Of a stretch of DNA of 64,000 nucleotides, positions 63,087-64,000 are shown one piece after another. This DNA comes from Pelagomonas calceolata (lineage: Eukaryota), in assembly GCA_918797485.1 (NCBI GenBank), contig CAKKNE010000002.1, positions 1,116,001-1,180,000 on the forward strand. Reading direction: 5' to 3'. Each line of letters opens with the position of its first letter. Position 1 is the stretch's first letter. A model generated the notes under the pieces. That model did no database searches. It had not been told where the DNA came from and saw only the letters and a list, made by a program, of their open reading frames with translations. The position numbers were made by a program, and so were the translations under genes.

Positions 63087-64000
63087 CTAACGATATGATT
63101 TCCCGAAGCCCGACAGCACGCCGCCCTCTTCGATGGCCCCGAACCGATCCTTGGCGATCGCCGCCTTGCGCTCCCGCTCCTCGATCATCATCTTCTGGAG
63201 GTGTTCCTGCACGTCCAACCGCTCCCGCAACTTCTCGTTCTGGGCGTGGTACTCGGCGGCAGCCACCAAGACGTTGACGTGGTCGCTCTCCGCTCTAAAC
63301 TGGGCCCCTTCGTCGAACTGCGACTCATTCACTTCTTTTCTGTACTTCTCGACGGCCTCGTTCTCTCCATAAATGCCGATGACCTGGGCCTTCGTCAATC
63401 CTCTATAATGGTCCGGCCGCACGCGGCCGTCCGCGAGGTACTCGCGCGCTTCGTTGAGCATCGGATCGTTGCGCATGCGTTCCATCTCGAGCGCGTTGCA
63501 CTCGGCGTCCAACACGGCGTCGTCCCATTCGCGCTGTTTTCTGTCCGCTACTTGGCGGTCTCTCGCCGCTCGCAGATCGAGTTGGACCTCGGCCTTGGCG
63601 CGTTTTTCTGCGGCTTCCACCTGAGCTCGTTGCTGGGAAACATGTCTTTCCCAGGCCGCAAATCTTCTGTCCTCTTCTTTCCCATCGTTCTTGTGGGCCT
63701 CCTTGAGGGCCATCTGTTCCAGACTCCAGGTCCGCATCTGGGCGTGCTGCCTTAACTTTCTCCGAGGCGCGCTTGGATCCTCCCCAACAAAGGTTTGTGC
63801 GGCGGCCTTGCCCGGTTCCAATTCGCTTGCGGACGCTAACTTGGGCAGGTCGTTCTTCGGTAAGGTGCTTCGCCGGTCCCAGTCCTGCTTGAGCGCTTGC
63901 AGCTCGGACTGCCTCTGTTCAAGGTCCGCCTGCCTTCTCTCTTCCACAATGAGTGAGACGCGCTCGGCCATGACGGCGTAGCGCTTGTCCAGTTCCCGCT
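63087..64000 (-). CDS. RIB43A-domain ciliary protofilament ribbon protein, 5'-incomplete
   Basis: AAAQTFVGED...R...Q..QMRTW, RVRPDHYRGLT and C-terminal FGKSYR. The frame runs off the window end. Confidence 0.8.
   Translation of the reverse strand, partial: RELDKRYAVMAERVSLIVEERRQADLEQRQSELQALKQDWDRRSTLPKNDLPKLASASELEPGKAAAQTFVGEDPSAPRRKLRQHAQMRTWSLEQMALKEAHKNDGKEEDRRFAAWERHVSQQRAQVEAAEKRAKAEVQLDLRAARDRQVADRKQREWDDAVLDAECNALEMERMRNDPMLNEAREYLADGRVRPDHYRGLTKAQVIGIYGENEAVEKYRKEVNESQFDEGAQFRAESDHVNVLVAAAEYHAQNEKLRERLDVQEHLQKMMIEERERKAAIAKDRFGAIEEGGVLSGFGKSYR

Noticed and set aside
1..64000. Hundreds of overlapping Arg/Ala/Pro-rich ORFs in the six-frame track
   Set aside because: They are shadow or antisense frames expected in high-GC coding DNA.

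Overview
Gene-dense, GC-rich eukaryotic nuclear DNA with short spliceosomal introns. By inference it is a pelagophyte alga (Pelagomonas/Aureococcus-like), based on TIR/TSD introner introns, an IDI-squalene synthase fusion, and the MYND-RING-TPR, DUF285 and FG-GAP families. There are about 38 protein-coding genes or fragments, often in divergent or convergent pairs. Recognisable genes include a dynein LC4-like EF-hand protein, three MFS/sugar transporters, a MenD-MenH-MenC fusion, a Tudor/PHD-PCIF1-like methyltransferase, TBC1D19, a PPPDE peptidase, NEDD1, IDI-SQS, a deoxynucleoside kinase, PPIL4, a DHHC palmitoyltransferase and RIB43A. Four observations stand out. (1) A 716-bp insertion (9089-9804) has 37-bp TIRs that each start with a perfect 28-bp palindrome, a CCGT target-site duplication, and an AT-rich cassette carrying one 110-aa giant-virus-like gene. 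(2) A roughly 25-bp GCTAGCG-N(3-4)-GTAAGACACTAG motif occurs 13 times, always upstream of gene starts. (3) Introner transposons with TIRs and 8-bp TSDs are present at several stages of decay. (4) Two head-to-head junctions of 5'-truncated genes each involve the same TPR family. No rRNA, tRNA or CRISPR array was recognised. All product calls come from reading motifs by eye; no database search was run.
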